A stretch of DNA of 40,750 nucleotides. Origin: Verrucomicrobiaceae bacterium (GTDB taxonomy: Bacteria > Verrucomicrobiota > Verrucomicrobiia > Verrucomicrobiales > DEV007). Under the pieces are notes generated by a model, which made no database searches, was not told the origin of the DNA, and saw only the letters and a list, made by a program, of their open reading frames with translations. Both the position numbers and the translations under genes were made by a program. Numbering within the stretch: the stretch's first letter is position 1; every line of letters begins with the position of its first letter. The DNA lies in assembly GCA_012719225.1 (NCBI GenBank), contig JAAYAT010000359.1, forward strand, positions 1-40,750, read 5' to 3'. Positions 27,210-39,934 of this stretch are shown in pieces.

Positions 27210-28735
27210 ATGGCCAAAGCACCTCAGAACGCAATCTCTCCGACGCGGGAGGAGAATTTCCCCGAATGGTACCAACAAGTCGTGCGCGCGGCGGATCTCG
27301 CGGAGAACTCCGAAGTGCGCGGTTGCATGGTGATCAAGCCCTGGGGCTACGGTGTCTGGGAACTCCTCCAGCAACAGCTCGACACCATTTTCAAAGAGAC
27401 CGGCCACAAAAACGCCTACTTTCCGCTCCTCATTCCGGTGAGTTATCTTGAAAAAGAGGCCGCCCACGTCGAGGGGTTCGCGACCGAGTGCGCCGTCGTG
27501 ACCCATCACCGACTGGAACTGCAGGACGGGAAAATGGTTCCCTCGGGCACGCTCACCGAACCCTACGTGATCCGTCCCACCTCCGAGACCATCATCGGGG
27601 CCGCGTTCGCCCGCTGGGTCCACAGCTACCGCGACCTGCCGCTCCTGATCAACCAATGGGCCAACGTGATGCGCTGGGAGATGCGCCCGCGTCTTTTTCT
27701 GCGCACCGCCGAATTCCTCTGGCAGGAGGGACACACCGCGCACGAAACCGCCGAGGAGGCCATGGAGGAGACGAAGCGGATGCACGAGGTCTACGAACGT
27801 TTCCTCACCGACCATCTCGCCGTCCCGGTCATCGCGGGGGAAAAGACCGAGGCCGAGCGTTTCCCCGGTGCCCTCAACACCTTCACCGTCGAGGCCATGG
27901 TGCAGGACAGGAAAGCGATCCAGGCGGGGACTTCGCATTTTCTCGGACAGAATTTTTCCAAGGCCGCCGGGATCGAATTCGAAAGCCGCGAGGGCAAACG
28001 CGAGCTCGCCTGGACGACGAGTTGGGGCGTGAGCACCCGCCTCATCGGCACGCTCCTGATGGCCCATTCGGATGACGACGGATTCGTCCTGCCGCCTCGG
28101 GTCGCCCCGACCCAGGTGGTCATCCTCCCGGTGACGCCAAGCCCGAGCACGAAGAGCCCGTTCTCGCCGCCTGCGAGGAACTGGCGGCGGGACTGAAGGT
28201 CCAAACCTTCCACGGTGGTTCCCTTCGCGTCGAGATCGACAAGCGCGATCTCGGTGGGGGCGCCAAAAACTGGGAGTGGATCAAAAAGGGCGTTCCCGTC
28301 CGCATCGAGATCGGGCCGCGCGATCTGGAGAAGGGCTCGCTCGCCCTCGCCCGGCGGGACCGCTCGCCGAAGGACAAGGAGTTCCTCCCCGTGGCGGACG
28401 CCGTCGCCGCCATCACCGGGACGCTCCAGGCTATTCAGGACAATCTCCTGGCCCGGGCTCTGGCGTTCCGCGACGAACACACCGTGGAGATCACTTCCAT
28501 GGACGAATTCCGGAAATTCTTCACCTCGTCCGACCCCGACTCACCCGGAATCCACGGCGGATTCGCCCTCGTTCACTGGGCCGGTGGTGTCGCGGAGGAG
28601 GAAGCGCTGCAGCAGGAGCTGAAGGTCACGGTGCGCTGCATCCCGAAGGATCCCGTCCTCCGCGGAGGTCCCGGCACCTGCCTCCTCACCGGCAAGCCAG
28701 CCGAGGGAAGCGTCGTGTTTGCGAAGAGTTATTGA
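27210..28735 (+). CDS. proS: Proline--tRNA ligase (eukaryote/archaeal-like type), interrupted by a one-base frameshift at ~28137-28139
   Basis: Catalytic motifs [28 protein letters not shown] and QAGTSH.LGQNF lie in 27210-28136. The anticodon domain ([20 protein letters not shown]) and C-terminal TVRCIP...FAKSY continue in the -1 frame from 28139. Confidence 0.92.
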
Positions 28736-28772
28736 GCGGGCGGGGTCGCTCGGGAGCGGGCGACCGGGTCGA

Positions 28773-29111
28773 TCAGGCCACGCGGTAGAGCAGCAGCAGG
28801 GAGGAAATGGCGAGGCCGACCCCGAGCCATTCCGAAGGTTGCAGCGTCTCCTCGAAAAAGACCACGCCGACGACGCAGAGAGAGAGGACGACGGTGAGGC
28901 TGTAGATGACGCCGATGTAGGCCAGCTTCAGGTGCGGCATGACCAGCACCCAGCCGAAGGTGCAAAGCGCGGTGATGAGCAGGCCGATGACAAAGTTCCG
29001 GTTGGCGAAGGGACTGGCTGAGGCGCTGGCGTGCTTCAGGAAATAGTCGCTCACCGCGACGGCCAGAGCCAGAACGACGGTGACAAGGATGGCGATGGTG
29101 GAAACCTTCAT
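28773..29111 (-). CDS. Small DMT/SMR-like membrane transporter
   Basis: About 112 aa with four hydrophobic helices and a GVVFFEETL...WLGVGL signature of the DMT superfamily. Confidence 0.75.
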   Translation of the reverse strand: MKVSTIAILVTVVLALAVAVSDYFLKHASASASPFANRNFVIGLLITALCTFGWVLVMPHLKLAYIGVIYSLTVVLSLCVVGVVFFEETLQPSEWLGVGLAISSLLLLYRVA

Positions 29112-29189
29112 GGTCGGGAGACTCACGAAGGAGATACTACAGGTTTCCGAAAAAACCAGAGCAAAACACTTCCCGGGAGAGGAGTCGGC

Positions 29190-29669
29190 TCAGGCCGCTT
29201 TTGTTTTCAAGGCAGCGACTTCTTCCAGGATGAACGATTGCACCACGCCCAACTCCAGGTAGTGCTGCTGCAAATCGTAGGGGAGCAGATCGAAGTCCTG
29301 GATTCTCCTGCGACAATCCGCCGCTCCGCAGGAACAATCGAGTTCCCAATGCCGTTCCAGCATCGTTGTGGAATAATCGAAACGGATTTCCTCGCCGGGG
29401 ACGATGGGACGCAGGGCGATCAACGAGATGTCGTCCACGAATCCCGCATTGGGAGCGCAGGAGTGGTTGAGGTAACGCGCCGGGGAAATGGGATCGACGT
29501 AACTGTGCGCTCCGATTTGAACGGAATATTCCCCCATGTGGGCAATGGATTTCTCGAAGTCGATCAACTTGCCGTTCATGTAAAAAATGAGCTCGCGGGG
29601 CTTCAAGGGGCGTTTGGCGAAGACTCCCCGTCCGATCATGGATTCAGAGACATAGATTTTTTCTTGCAT
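29190..29669 (-). CDS. SET-domain protein-lysine methyltransferase with post-SET cysteines
   Basis: GRGVFA, ARYLNHSCAPN, ALRPI..GEEI.FDY and CSCGAADCR motifs. Confidence 0.93.
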   Translation of the reverse strand: MQEKIYVSESMIGRGVFAKRPLKPRELIFYMNGKLIDFEKSIAHMGEYSVQIGAHSYVDPISPARYLNHSCAPNAGFVDDISLIALRPIVPGEEIRFDYSTTMLERHWELDCSCGAADCRRRIQDFDLLPYDLQQHYLELGVVQSFILEEVAALKTKAA

Positions 29670-29732
29670 GACTGGGGCTGTTTGCGGTTCCCGGCGCAAA
29701 TTGAAGTCTCCGAGCAGCACCTGTTTCAGCAC

Positions 29733-29873
29733 TGAGAAAAACTTAATTTTGCGACTCAGATTTACGGATAAACCTCATTTCTCTCGTTATTCAGAGAAAA
29801 GTCAAGACAAAGAGATAAATTTAGATGTTGTTTATTATGGAAAATATGGTATTATACGAAATATTTTTCAGAT
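29733..29873. promoter_or_regulatory. Very AT-rich divergent promoter region with inverted repeat TTTCTCT-N8-AGAGAAA (29778-29799)
   Basis: Sits between the divergent SET and PotD-like genes. The composition contrast and palindrome are read directly. Confidence 0.5.
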
Positions 29874-32023
29874 ATGGAAATTCACCTAAAGTTCCCTCTG
29901 GAATTTTGCCTCTTGGCAGTTTCCTTCGTTCTGAGCGGATGCCAGGAGAGTCAGCGACAGGATGTTCCGTCGGAAGAGTCTCGCGCCGAGTCTCCTGAAT
30001 CCCGGGAAGGGGCGCTTACGGTGCTCACCTATGACGAATATTTTTCAGAAGAAGTGATTTCCTCTTTTGAGAAGGAGAGCGGCCTGGATGTCAAATTCGT
30101 GACTTTTACCAACCTCGACGAGATGGAGGCACTGCTCCGCTCGCGTCCCTCGGAGTTTGATTTGGTGATCACCGATGGAGGCACTCTCGCGGATCTCATC
30201 GAACTCCAGTTTCTTCAGCCCCTCGACTTGTCGCGCATTTCCGGGTTTTCCAATTTGGATACCCGTTTTCTCGACCTCGCTTTTGATCCGGGAAATCAAT
30301 ATTCGGTTCCCTATATGTGGGGAACGACATTGATCGCTTATCGATCCGACAAAATCGACGAACCTCGCAAAAGCTGGAAAGCGCTCTGGGATGAGCGCTA
30401 CCGGGGTCGGGTTTTGATGGTCGATGATGATTTCGACGCTTACGCGGCGGCATTGCTTGCGGGTGGACACGATCTCAATTCACCGGATGAGGCGACGATT
30501 CATGCCGCCACGGAGTTGCTCCTCCGCCAGGTGGACGATCTCGACGCCCGTTTCGTGGACATCTTCGACATCCGCGATCAGCTCCTCTCCGGGGAATGCT
30601 GGATCAGCATGACCTATAGCAGCGATGCCGCCGTTCTGGCCGACGAAGAGGAGAACATTGCCTATTTTATTCCGGAAGAGGGGGCTCCTCTCTGGGTCGA
30701 TAGTTTTGTGGTGCCGCGTGAATCACGCAATATCGAGGCGGTATATCAATTTCTCAGCTACTTCTGCCGCGCTGAAGTGGCGGCCGCCAATTCCAACGAA
30801 CTGTGGTGCGCCTCCGCGAACAAAGCGGCAAAGCCTTTTCTCAGCAAAGAGATCCTGGAGGACGAAACTCTTTACCTGAGCGAAGATGTCATGGCGCGCT
30901 GCCAATTTGACAAACAATCCAGCCCCGCCCGGCATTTGCTTCTCAATCAGGGATTGAAGCGCGTGTATGATCGGGTAAGAGAAGCGAGCGAAAAACCAGA
31001 AATCTCGCTTCTCATCTGGGAGGATTATCTTGCCGCGCCGGTCGTCAATCAATTCAAGGCCGAGACAGGAGTTCGGGTGAAGGTGACAGAAGCCGACAAC
31101 TCCGAACAGCTCAAACAGATGTTTTCGGCGGCTCCCGGCGGTTTCGACGTGGTGGTGGCCGACGAGCAAACCATCCGGCAGTTGATGGAATTGCGATTAT
31201 TGACCGAACTGGACAAAGGGAAGCTCGGGGCCAACACCGAACAGGTCGAGCCGGTTCTGAGTGCGGCTTTTGACGAGGGCACCCGCTTCACCATTCCCTA
31301 CCTTTGGGGCTTGACGGTACTGGCGGGACGCTCGGAACTTTTCTCCAAGTCCGAGCCGAGTTGGGCGATGATCTGGCGGGAGGATCTGAAAATCGCTCTC
31401 CTCGACGAACCTGCTGATTTGATGTGGATGGCGCTCCTTGGTCTTGGTTATGAACCTGCGGAAGCAACAAAAGCTCAGATAGACGAAGCCGCCGCCCGGC
31501 TCACGGCGCGTTTCCCGGATATCACGCGGTCGATGACGGATCAGCAGACCCTCCTCGACCAACTGGAAGAGGGCGAAGTCGATCTCGCCATAAGTTACAA
31601 TGGCGATGCGCTGAGACGGATGGCGGATGTGCCCGGCATTGAGATTGTGGTGCCACGCGAGGGAGCTCCGCTTTGGCTGGACAGTTTTGCGATCAGCCGC
31701 GATGCGACGAATCCAGACCTCGCCTATCGCTTCATTGCCTATATGACAGAACCGGAGACTTCCGCTCTCTCCGCAACCGAGTTGAGCTACGCGAGTCCGA
31801 ACCGCGCCGCTCTTCCGATGGTGGACAAAGCGGTCCTCAACAACCGTGCCCTTTATCCCGAGCCGGACCTGATCCAAAAATGCTCTTTTGTGCGTTTTTC
31901 ACCGGAAATGGAAAGATATGTGAAGGGAGTGATGCTGCGGCTCATGAGCGAAAGTCGTTCCCGCTCTTTTTCGGCTGATTGGGCGGACCGGGAGACATCG
32001 GATTCAGCGGAAAGCGGCACCGA

Positions 32024-32027
<4 letters not shown>
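29874..32027 (+). CDS. Lipoprotein with two tandem PotD/PotF-like polyamine-binding domains
   Basis: Lipobox LSGC. Domain 1 has TYDEY, DPGNQYSVPYMWGT and PEEG.PLWVDSF. Domain 2 has IWEDY, IPYLWG and PREG.PLWLDSF. Confidence 0.88.
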
Positions 32028-34756
<2,729 letters not shown>

Positions 34757-34864
34757 GATCCGTCCCGGCAAACCCGGGCAAAACGCGGGCGGGAGACGGG
34801 ATGAAGGGGGAAAAGGGGCGGATTTCGCATTGATTCGACGGGGAAGCCCCTACACATTCGCCGC

Positions 34865-35800
34865 ATGGAAAACGTAATCATCATCGGAACCGGTTGCGCC
34901 GGCTGGACCGCGGCCGTCTACACCGCGCGGGCCAATCTGAATCCCCTCGTCATCTCGGGCGAGCAACCCGGCGGACAGCTCACGACGACGACGGAGGTGG
35001 AAAATTTCCCCGGCTTTCCCGAAGGCATCATGGGCCCCGAACTGATGATGCGGATGCAGCAGCAGGCGGAGAAATTTGGCACCCGCGTCGAGTACGACCT
35101 CGTCAGCGGCGTGCAAAAACAGGCCGACGGCTCGCTCCTCGTGACAACCACCGGCGGGGCCGAACACCGCACCCGCACCGTCATCATCGCGACCGGGGCC
35201 AGCCCGCGCTGGCTCCACCTCGATCGGGAGAAGGAACTCGTCGGCCACGGGCTCACCTCCTGCGCGACCTGTGACGGGGCTTTTTATCCCGACGTGCCCG
35301 TGGTGGTGGTCGGAGGAGGCGACTCGGCCTGCGAGGAGGCCGGTTTCCTGACCCGCTTCGCCAGCAAGGTCTATCTGGTGCATCGCCGCGACGAACTCCG
35401 CGCCTCGAAGATCATGGCGGACCGCGCTCTCGCCAATCCCAAGATCGAACCGGTCTGGAATTCGGAGCTGAAAGAATACCTCACCGATGAGAAGGGCGAC
35501 ATGCGCGGCGTCACCGTGCGCGACCGCGTCACTGGCGCGGAGTCCGAGCTGGAGGTGAAATGCGTCTTTGTCGCGATCGGTCACGACCCCAACACCGGCT
35601 TTCTCGCCGACTCGGGCGTCGCGGTCGACGAAGAGGGCTACGTCGTGCAAAACGGGCACTCGACCCACTCCAACATCCCGGGGATTTTCTCCGCCGGCGA
35701 TGTCTCGGACCGCGTCTACCGTCAGGCGATCACCGCGGCGGGGAACGGCTGTCAGGCCGCGCTCGACGCCGAGCGCTACATCACCGCGCTGGAGGACTGA
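34865..35800 (+). CDS. trxB: Thioredoxin-disulfide reductase
   Basis: GGQLTTTTEVENFPGF, CATCDG, GGGDSA.EEA, HRRD and RQAITAAG motifs. Confidence 0.96.
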   Translation: MENVIIIGTGCAGWTAAVYTARANLNPLVISGEQPGGQLTTTTEVENFPGFPEGIMGPELMMRMQQQAEKFGTRVEYDLVSGVQKQADGSLLVTTTGGAEHRTRTVIIATGASPRWLHLDREKELVGHGLTSCATCDGAFYPDVPVVVVGGGDSACEEAGFLTRFASKVYLVHRRDELRASKIMADRALANPKIEPVWNSELKEYLTDEKGDMRGVTVRDRVTGAESELEVKCVFVAIGHDPNTGFLADSGVAVDEEGYVVQNGHSTHSNIPGIFSAGDVSDRVYRQAITAAGNGCQAALDAERYITALED

Positions 35801-35818
35801 TCCGCCGAGGATTTCCCG

Positions 35819-36730
35819 CTATTCCGAAGTCGCCACGGGCACGGCGCGGATCGGAACCGCGATCGGGATGGGGGGACGGCCCTCGTCGCCGGAGGTCTCT
35901 TCCGCCGGGGCGGGCGTGGTGGTGTCCGGAGCCGCCGGAGCCGGAGGCAGGGACGCCCGCGTGGCGGTGGGGTTGGTGCCTTCCGGTCGCAGCGCCGCCG
36001 GGGGATCGGCGGCGGATTCTTCCCCGGCGGGGAGAGCGCTCACTTCGGGAGACGGGTTCCGCTCCTCGGCGACGACCATCCGCGGGGTGTGGCGCGGACG
36101 CAATGGATTCGCCGGGATGTCGTTTTCGTCGTCGGCGGCCGCGGGCAGCGCCTCGTCGAAAGCGACCTCCACCTCGGGCTTTTCCACGGCATCCGGCGAC
36201 GACGCGCCCGGGAGGGAGGCGAGAGAATTCCCGGCCTCTTTCGGGGCATAGGGCAGCTTCAGCCCGGCGGCGATGTCGGATTTCGCTTCCTCGATCGAGC
36301 TGGTGTTGTAACCGAGGAAATAGAAAATACCGAGGGAGGAAATCAGCGCGAGCAGGATGAAATTGAGGAACAGGGGCGCTCCGCCCGGCTTCTCGACGCG
36401 CCGCCGTGCATTTTTCGGCCGGCGTCGGAAACGGAAAAGGCGGCCTTTCGAGTTCGTGTTCCGCAGTTCCCCCATCAATTCGTTGTCCTCGATCCGCACG
36501 AGGAGCCCGCTGTTGAGAGGCTCCATCGCGGCGGAGAGATCGATCCCGAGATGTTCGCCGTACTTGCGGATGAAGCTCTTCGCGTAGGCCACGCTGGGGA
36601 ATTGCGAGAAGTCGTCCTCCTCGATGCTCAGCAGCATGTTGGGGTGAATGCGGGTGGCGTGGGCGACGTCATCTATCGTGAGGCCCTTTTCGCGGCGTGT
36701 CTCGCCCAGCTTTTGTCCTATCGTTGGCAT
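35819..36730 (-). CDS. RodZ-like HTH membrane protein with Pro/Ala-rich C-terminal tail
   Basis: IGQKL..TR..KGLTIDDVA..TRI....IEEDDF..FP..AYAKSFIRKY HTH_25 signature, a single TM helix, and position downstream of ftsK. Confidence 0.8.
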   Translation of the reverse strand: MPTIGQKLGETRREKGLTIDDVAHATRIHPNMLLSIEEDDFSQFPSVAYAKSFIRKYGEHLGIDLSAAMEPLNSGLLVRIEDNELMGELRNTNSKGRLFRFRRRPKNARRRVEKPGGAPLFLNFILLALISSLGIFYFLGYNTSSIEEAKSDIAAGLKLPYAPKEAGNSLASLPGASSPDAVEKPEVEVAFDEALPAAADDENDIPANPLRPRHTPRMVVAEERNPSPEVSALPAGEESAADPPAALRPEGTNPTATRASLPPAPAAPDTTTPAPAEETSGDEGRPPIPIAVPIRAVPVATSE

Positions 36731-36849
36731 GTCACCCGATTCCACCCGTTCCCGTCGTGAGACGGCGGAATACTATATGGCAATTCCCGCAGCAAGTGGA
36801 TGCGGAAATGCGCCGGATCCGGGGAATTCCACCCCCGGAGGAACGGACC

Positions 36850-39465
36850 CTACTCGAAATCGTCGGAAAGATCGACCAGGATTTCCCTCGGCTTGGCACC
36901 TTCGCCGGCTCCGACGATGCCACGGCTTTCTAAAATATCGATCATCCGGGCGGCCCGCGTGTAGCCGAGCCGGAGTCGTCGCTGCAGGAGCGAGGTGGAG
37001 GCTTTTTTCTCGGAGTAAATGACTTCGAGGCATTTTTCGAGGATCTCCTCGTCGGCGTCGGAGATCTCGTCGTCGCCCTCGCCGAATTCCCCCGACTCGA
37101 TCGCCTCCTGCGCATCGGGTTCGAAACAGGGCTGGCCCTGGGCGCCACAGGCATCGACGAGATCCTGCGCCTCCTCGTCGGTGATGAGGGCACCCTGGGC
37201 GCGGATGAGCTGGGCGCTCCCCGGCGGCAGGTAGAGCATGTCGCCTTTGCCGACGAGATTTTCCGCCCCGTTGGCGTCCAGAATGATGCGGCTGTCGGTC
37301 TTGGAGGAAACCTGGAAGGCGATGCGCGAGGGGATGTTCGCCTTGATGATCCCGGTGACGACATCGGCCCGCGGCGTCTGGGTCGCCACGATGAGGTGGA
37401 TACCGGCGGCGCGGGCCTTTTGCGCGATGCGGGCGATCCCGGTCTCGACATCGGCCGGCGCGGTCTGCATCAGGTCGGCCAGCTCGTCGATGATGACGAC
37501 GATGTAGGGGAGGCTCTCGGGGAGAGCCTCGCTGGCGGGGGCGGGACGGTTCTGCCGTGTGGACGGGAGGTCGGGCGCCTCTTCGTCTCCCGGGAATCCC
37601 CCCTCGACGGCGAGGTCGTCGCCGAGCCGCACGTGGTGGACGAGTTCGGGTTCCGCCTGGACATCGGCTGCGGCCTCTTCTTCGAGGAGCGCCGCGGCGG
37701 CAGCCTCCAGTTCGGCGAGTTCGCGGGTCCGCATCGCATTGAATCCGTCGAAATTGCGGGTCCCGGCCTTGGCGAAAAGGGCGTAGCGCCGCTCCATCTC
37801 ATTGATGACCCAGCGCAGCGCGAGGAGCACTTTCTTGGGATCGGTCACCACGGGTATGACCATGTGGGGGAGATTGTTGTATAGTTGCATCTCCACGACC
37901 TTGGGATCGACCATGATGAAACGCAGCTCGTCGGGGGTGAAACGGTAGAGCAGGCTCGCGATGATACTGTTGATGCAGACGCTCTTCCCGCTCCCGGTGG
38001 CACCGGCGACGAGGAGGTGGGGCATGCGGGCGAGGTCGCCGACGATGGTGCGTCCGTAGACATCTTTGCCGAGGGCGAGGGGCAGCTTCGCCTTGGAATC
38101 GCGGAAGGCTTCGTCCTCGAAGAGTTCGCGCAGGGCCACGGGGATTTTTTCGTTGTTGGCGATCTCGATGCCGACGGTGTCCTTGCCCGGCACCGGAGCG
38201 AGAATGTTGATGCGCTCGGCCTTGGTGGCGCGGGCCAGGTCCGCCTCCAGCGAAGTGATGCGGTTGACCCGCAGCCCCGGCGTGGGATACAGCTCGTAAC
38301 GGGTGATGGTCGGCCCCCGCGTGATGTCCCCCGGCTCGACATCCACGCCGAAGGTCGCGAGAGTGCTGACGATGGTGGTCTGCTGTTGGATGAGCTCGCT
38401 CTCGTTCGTCGGCGCCGCGTCGGCATCGTCGGCGTATTGCAGGATGCTGAGACTCGGGAGTTGGTAGTCCGGGAACTGCACCCCGGCGAGCACCGTGCCC
38501 TCTTTTTTCTCTCGATCAAAAAGAGAACCCGCCGCCTCCTCCGGAGTGAGTTTTTTGCGGGCGCTCTGGGAAGAATCGATGATGCGCGGTTCGGGCGCGC
38601 TCTCGAAGAGATCCGCCTGGAGAGGAGCGGACGAAGCGGGCGTGGTCTTGGCGGGTTTGGTTTCCTCCTTCGGGGGGGCGGAGGCACGTTCGGCGCGGGC
38701 CCGGGCACGAGAGCGCGTCGGCATCGCGGGCTCCGCCCGGCGGAAGAAGGGCAGACGGATTTCTTTCAGGAGAGGCCCACGCTCGCGCAGATTCACGATG
38801 AGCCTGGCGATCCCGACGCGCAGCATCGCGAGAAACTGGAACGGATGGATGCCGGTGATCACGATGAGAGCGATGACATACACGATGGACACCACGATGA
38901 CCGACCCGACCGACCCGAGAAAGTGCTCGACCAGCTTGTGCCCGACGCCGTAGCCGAAAAACCCACCGGCGCTCTTGGGCAAATTGTATCGCGCCGACCA
39001 GTCCTGAAAAAACCAGACCTGGAACTCGATCAGGCAAGCCGCCGAGCAGACCAGAAATGCGAAGGAGAAAAGATTCCGCGCGTGGAAGGGACGCGCTCCG
39101 GTGAGGACCTGGATGGACCACCAGGCCAGCACCGCGGGAATCAGAAAACAGGCCGCCCCAAAGAAAAAATAAGCATACCCGGCGACCACCGCCCCGACCG
39201 GACCGATGAAATTCACCACCATCTCGTTCTGCCCCGATTGGCTGCTGAAGGGAACCCACGAGGGGAGATCCGCAGGCGAGTAGGAAATCAGCGCCAGGAC
39301 GAACATGGCCGAAACCCCTGCCAAGACGATGGCGAGGACTTCGTGAAAGGCGTAGGGCTCGTCGCTCATGACCCGTTTTTCTTTGGGATGCTTGCTTTCC
39401 TTGAGGGCCGGTTTTTTCGAGGGAGCGGATTTTCGTGTGGATGCGCTGGTCTTTCTGGCGGCCAT
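36850..39465 (-). CDS. ftsK: DNA translocase FtsK
   Basis: N-terminal TMs, PHLLVAGATGSGKSV, IDELADLM, ARAAGIHLIVATQ and gamma domain STSLLQRRLRLGYTRAAR. Start MAARK at 39465. Confidence 0.95.
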   Translation of the reverse strand: MAARKTSASTRKSAPSKKPALKESKHPKEKRVMSDEPYAFHEVLAIVLAGVSAMFVLALISYSPADLPSWVPFSSQSGQNEMVVNFIGPVGAVVAGYAYFFFGAACFLIPAVLAWWSIQVLTGARPFHARNLFSFAFLVCSAACLIEFQVWFFQDWSARYNLPKSAGGFFGYGVGHKLVEHFLGSVGSVIVVSIVYVIALIVITGIHPFQFLAMLRVGIARLIVNLRERGPLLKEIRLPFFRRAEPAMPTRSRARARAERASAPPKEETKPAKTTPASSAPLQADLFESAPEPRIIDSSQSARKKLTPEEAAGSLFDREKKEGTVLAGVQFPDYQLPSLSILQYADDADAAPTNESELIQQQTTIVSTLATFGVDVEPGDITRGPTITRYELYPTPGLRVNRITSLEADLARATKAERINILAPVPGKDTVGIEIANNEKIPVALRELFEDEAFRDSKAKLPLALGKDVYGRTIVGDLARMPHLLVAGATGSGKSVCINSIIASLLYRFTPDELRFIMVDPKVVEMQLYNNLPHMVIPVVTDPKKVLLALRWVINEMERRYALFAKAGTRNFDGFNAMRTRELAELEAAAAALLEEEAAADVQAEPELVHHVRLGDDLAVEGGFPGDEEAPDLPSTRQNRPAPASEALPESLPYIVVIIDELADLMQTAPADVETGIARIAQKARAAGIHLIVATQTPRADVVTGIIKANIPSRIAFQVSSKTDSRIILDANGAENLVGKGDMLYLPPGSAQLIRAQGALITDEEAQDLVDACGAQGQPCFEPDAQEAIESGEFGEGDDEISDADEEILEKCLEVIYSEKKASTSLLQRRLRLGYTRAARMIDILESRGIVGAGEGAKPREILVDLSDDFE

Positions 39466-39628
39466 ATTCCGGGTAAATGCAAAAAACGGTTCATTCTGGA
39501 AATTACGAAAAACGCCAGAAAGGGGAGAATTGGCCCTAAATATGACCCGGTAAGCCATCGCGGGCAACGAATATCTTAGGTTTCTAAAATAAATTCCGGG
39601 ATGCTCGCCGCCTTCACGGAAAAAGGTA

Positions 39629-39693
39629 TCCCCGCAGAGGCGCAGGGACGCAGAGATTTTTTCCCATTCCTTTCTTCCGCGCCTCCGCGGGGA
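39629..39693. repeat. Imperfect inverted repeat of the CGCAGAG-type short-repeat family
   Basis: tccccgcagaggcgcag ... ccgcgcctccgcgggga. Contains near-tandem cgcagag units, and the mismatches become G-U pairs on the minus strand. Confidence 0.6.
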
Positions 39694-39696
39694 AAT

Positions 39697-39834
39697 CCCC
39701 CAGTTCTTTTCCGCCACCATCACGAAGGCGCATTTGCCCTCGCTCAGCGCCTCCCACAGTCTACCGATATCGCGGTCGGGTTTGGCGTTGTGCCAGCGGT
39801 CCTTTCCCTTGTATTCCACCACGAGGATGCGCCC
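39697..39834 (-). pseudogene. Relic C-terminal fragment of a type III Res-like helicase/endonuclease
   Basis: Reads GRILVVEYKGKDRWHNAKPDRDIGRLWEALSEGKCAFVMV, the ExK half of a PD-(D/E)xK motif. An in-frame TAG lies just upstream and no PD segment is present. Confidence 0.6.
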
Positions 39835-39934
39835 TCGGTCGGCGATCTCTCCGCTCGCCCGCCCCCGCCTCTACCCGAAAGGCCAAAAAAAATCACGCCA
39901 AAACGCAGCGCTGCGGTGTTCCGTCCGTTCAGGG

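Noticed and set aside
28131-28145. Programmed -1 ribosomal frameshift in proS
   Set aside because: There is no slippery heptamer and I know of no precedent. A single-base sequence error is more parsimonious.
28391-28735. Separate 114-aa gene after proS
   Set aside because: It is the C-terminal part of ProRS in the shifted frame.
37520-37735. Possible intein or inserted domain within the FtsK motor
   Set aside because: It is a low-complexity acidic/Ala/Pro stretch with no intein terminal motifs, at a position where FtsK length commonly varies.
39466-39822. 119-aa N-terminal extension of FtsK in the ORF track
   Set aside because: It is made of a nuclease relic, a repeat hairpin and AT-rich promoter DNA. 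The ATG at 39465 gives a normal FtsK.
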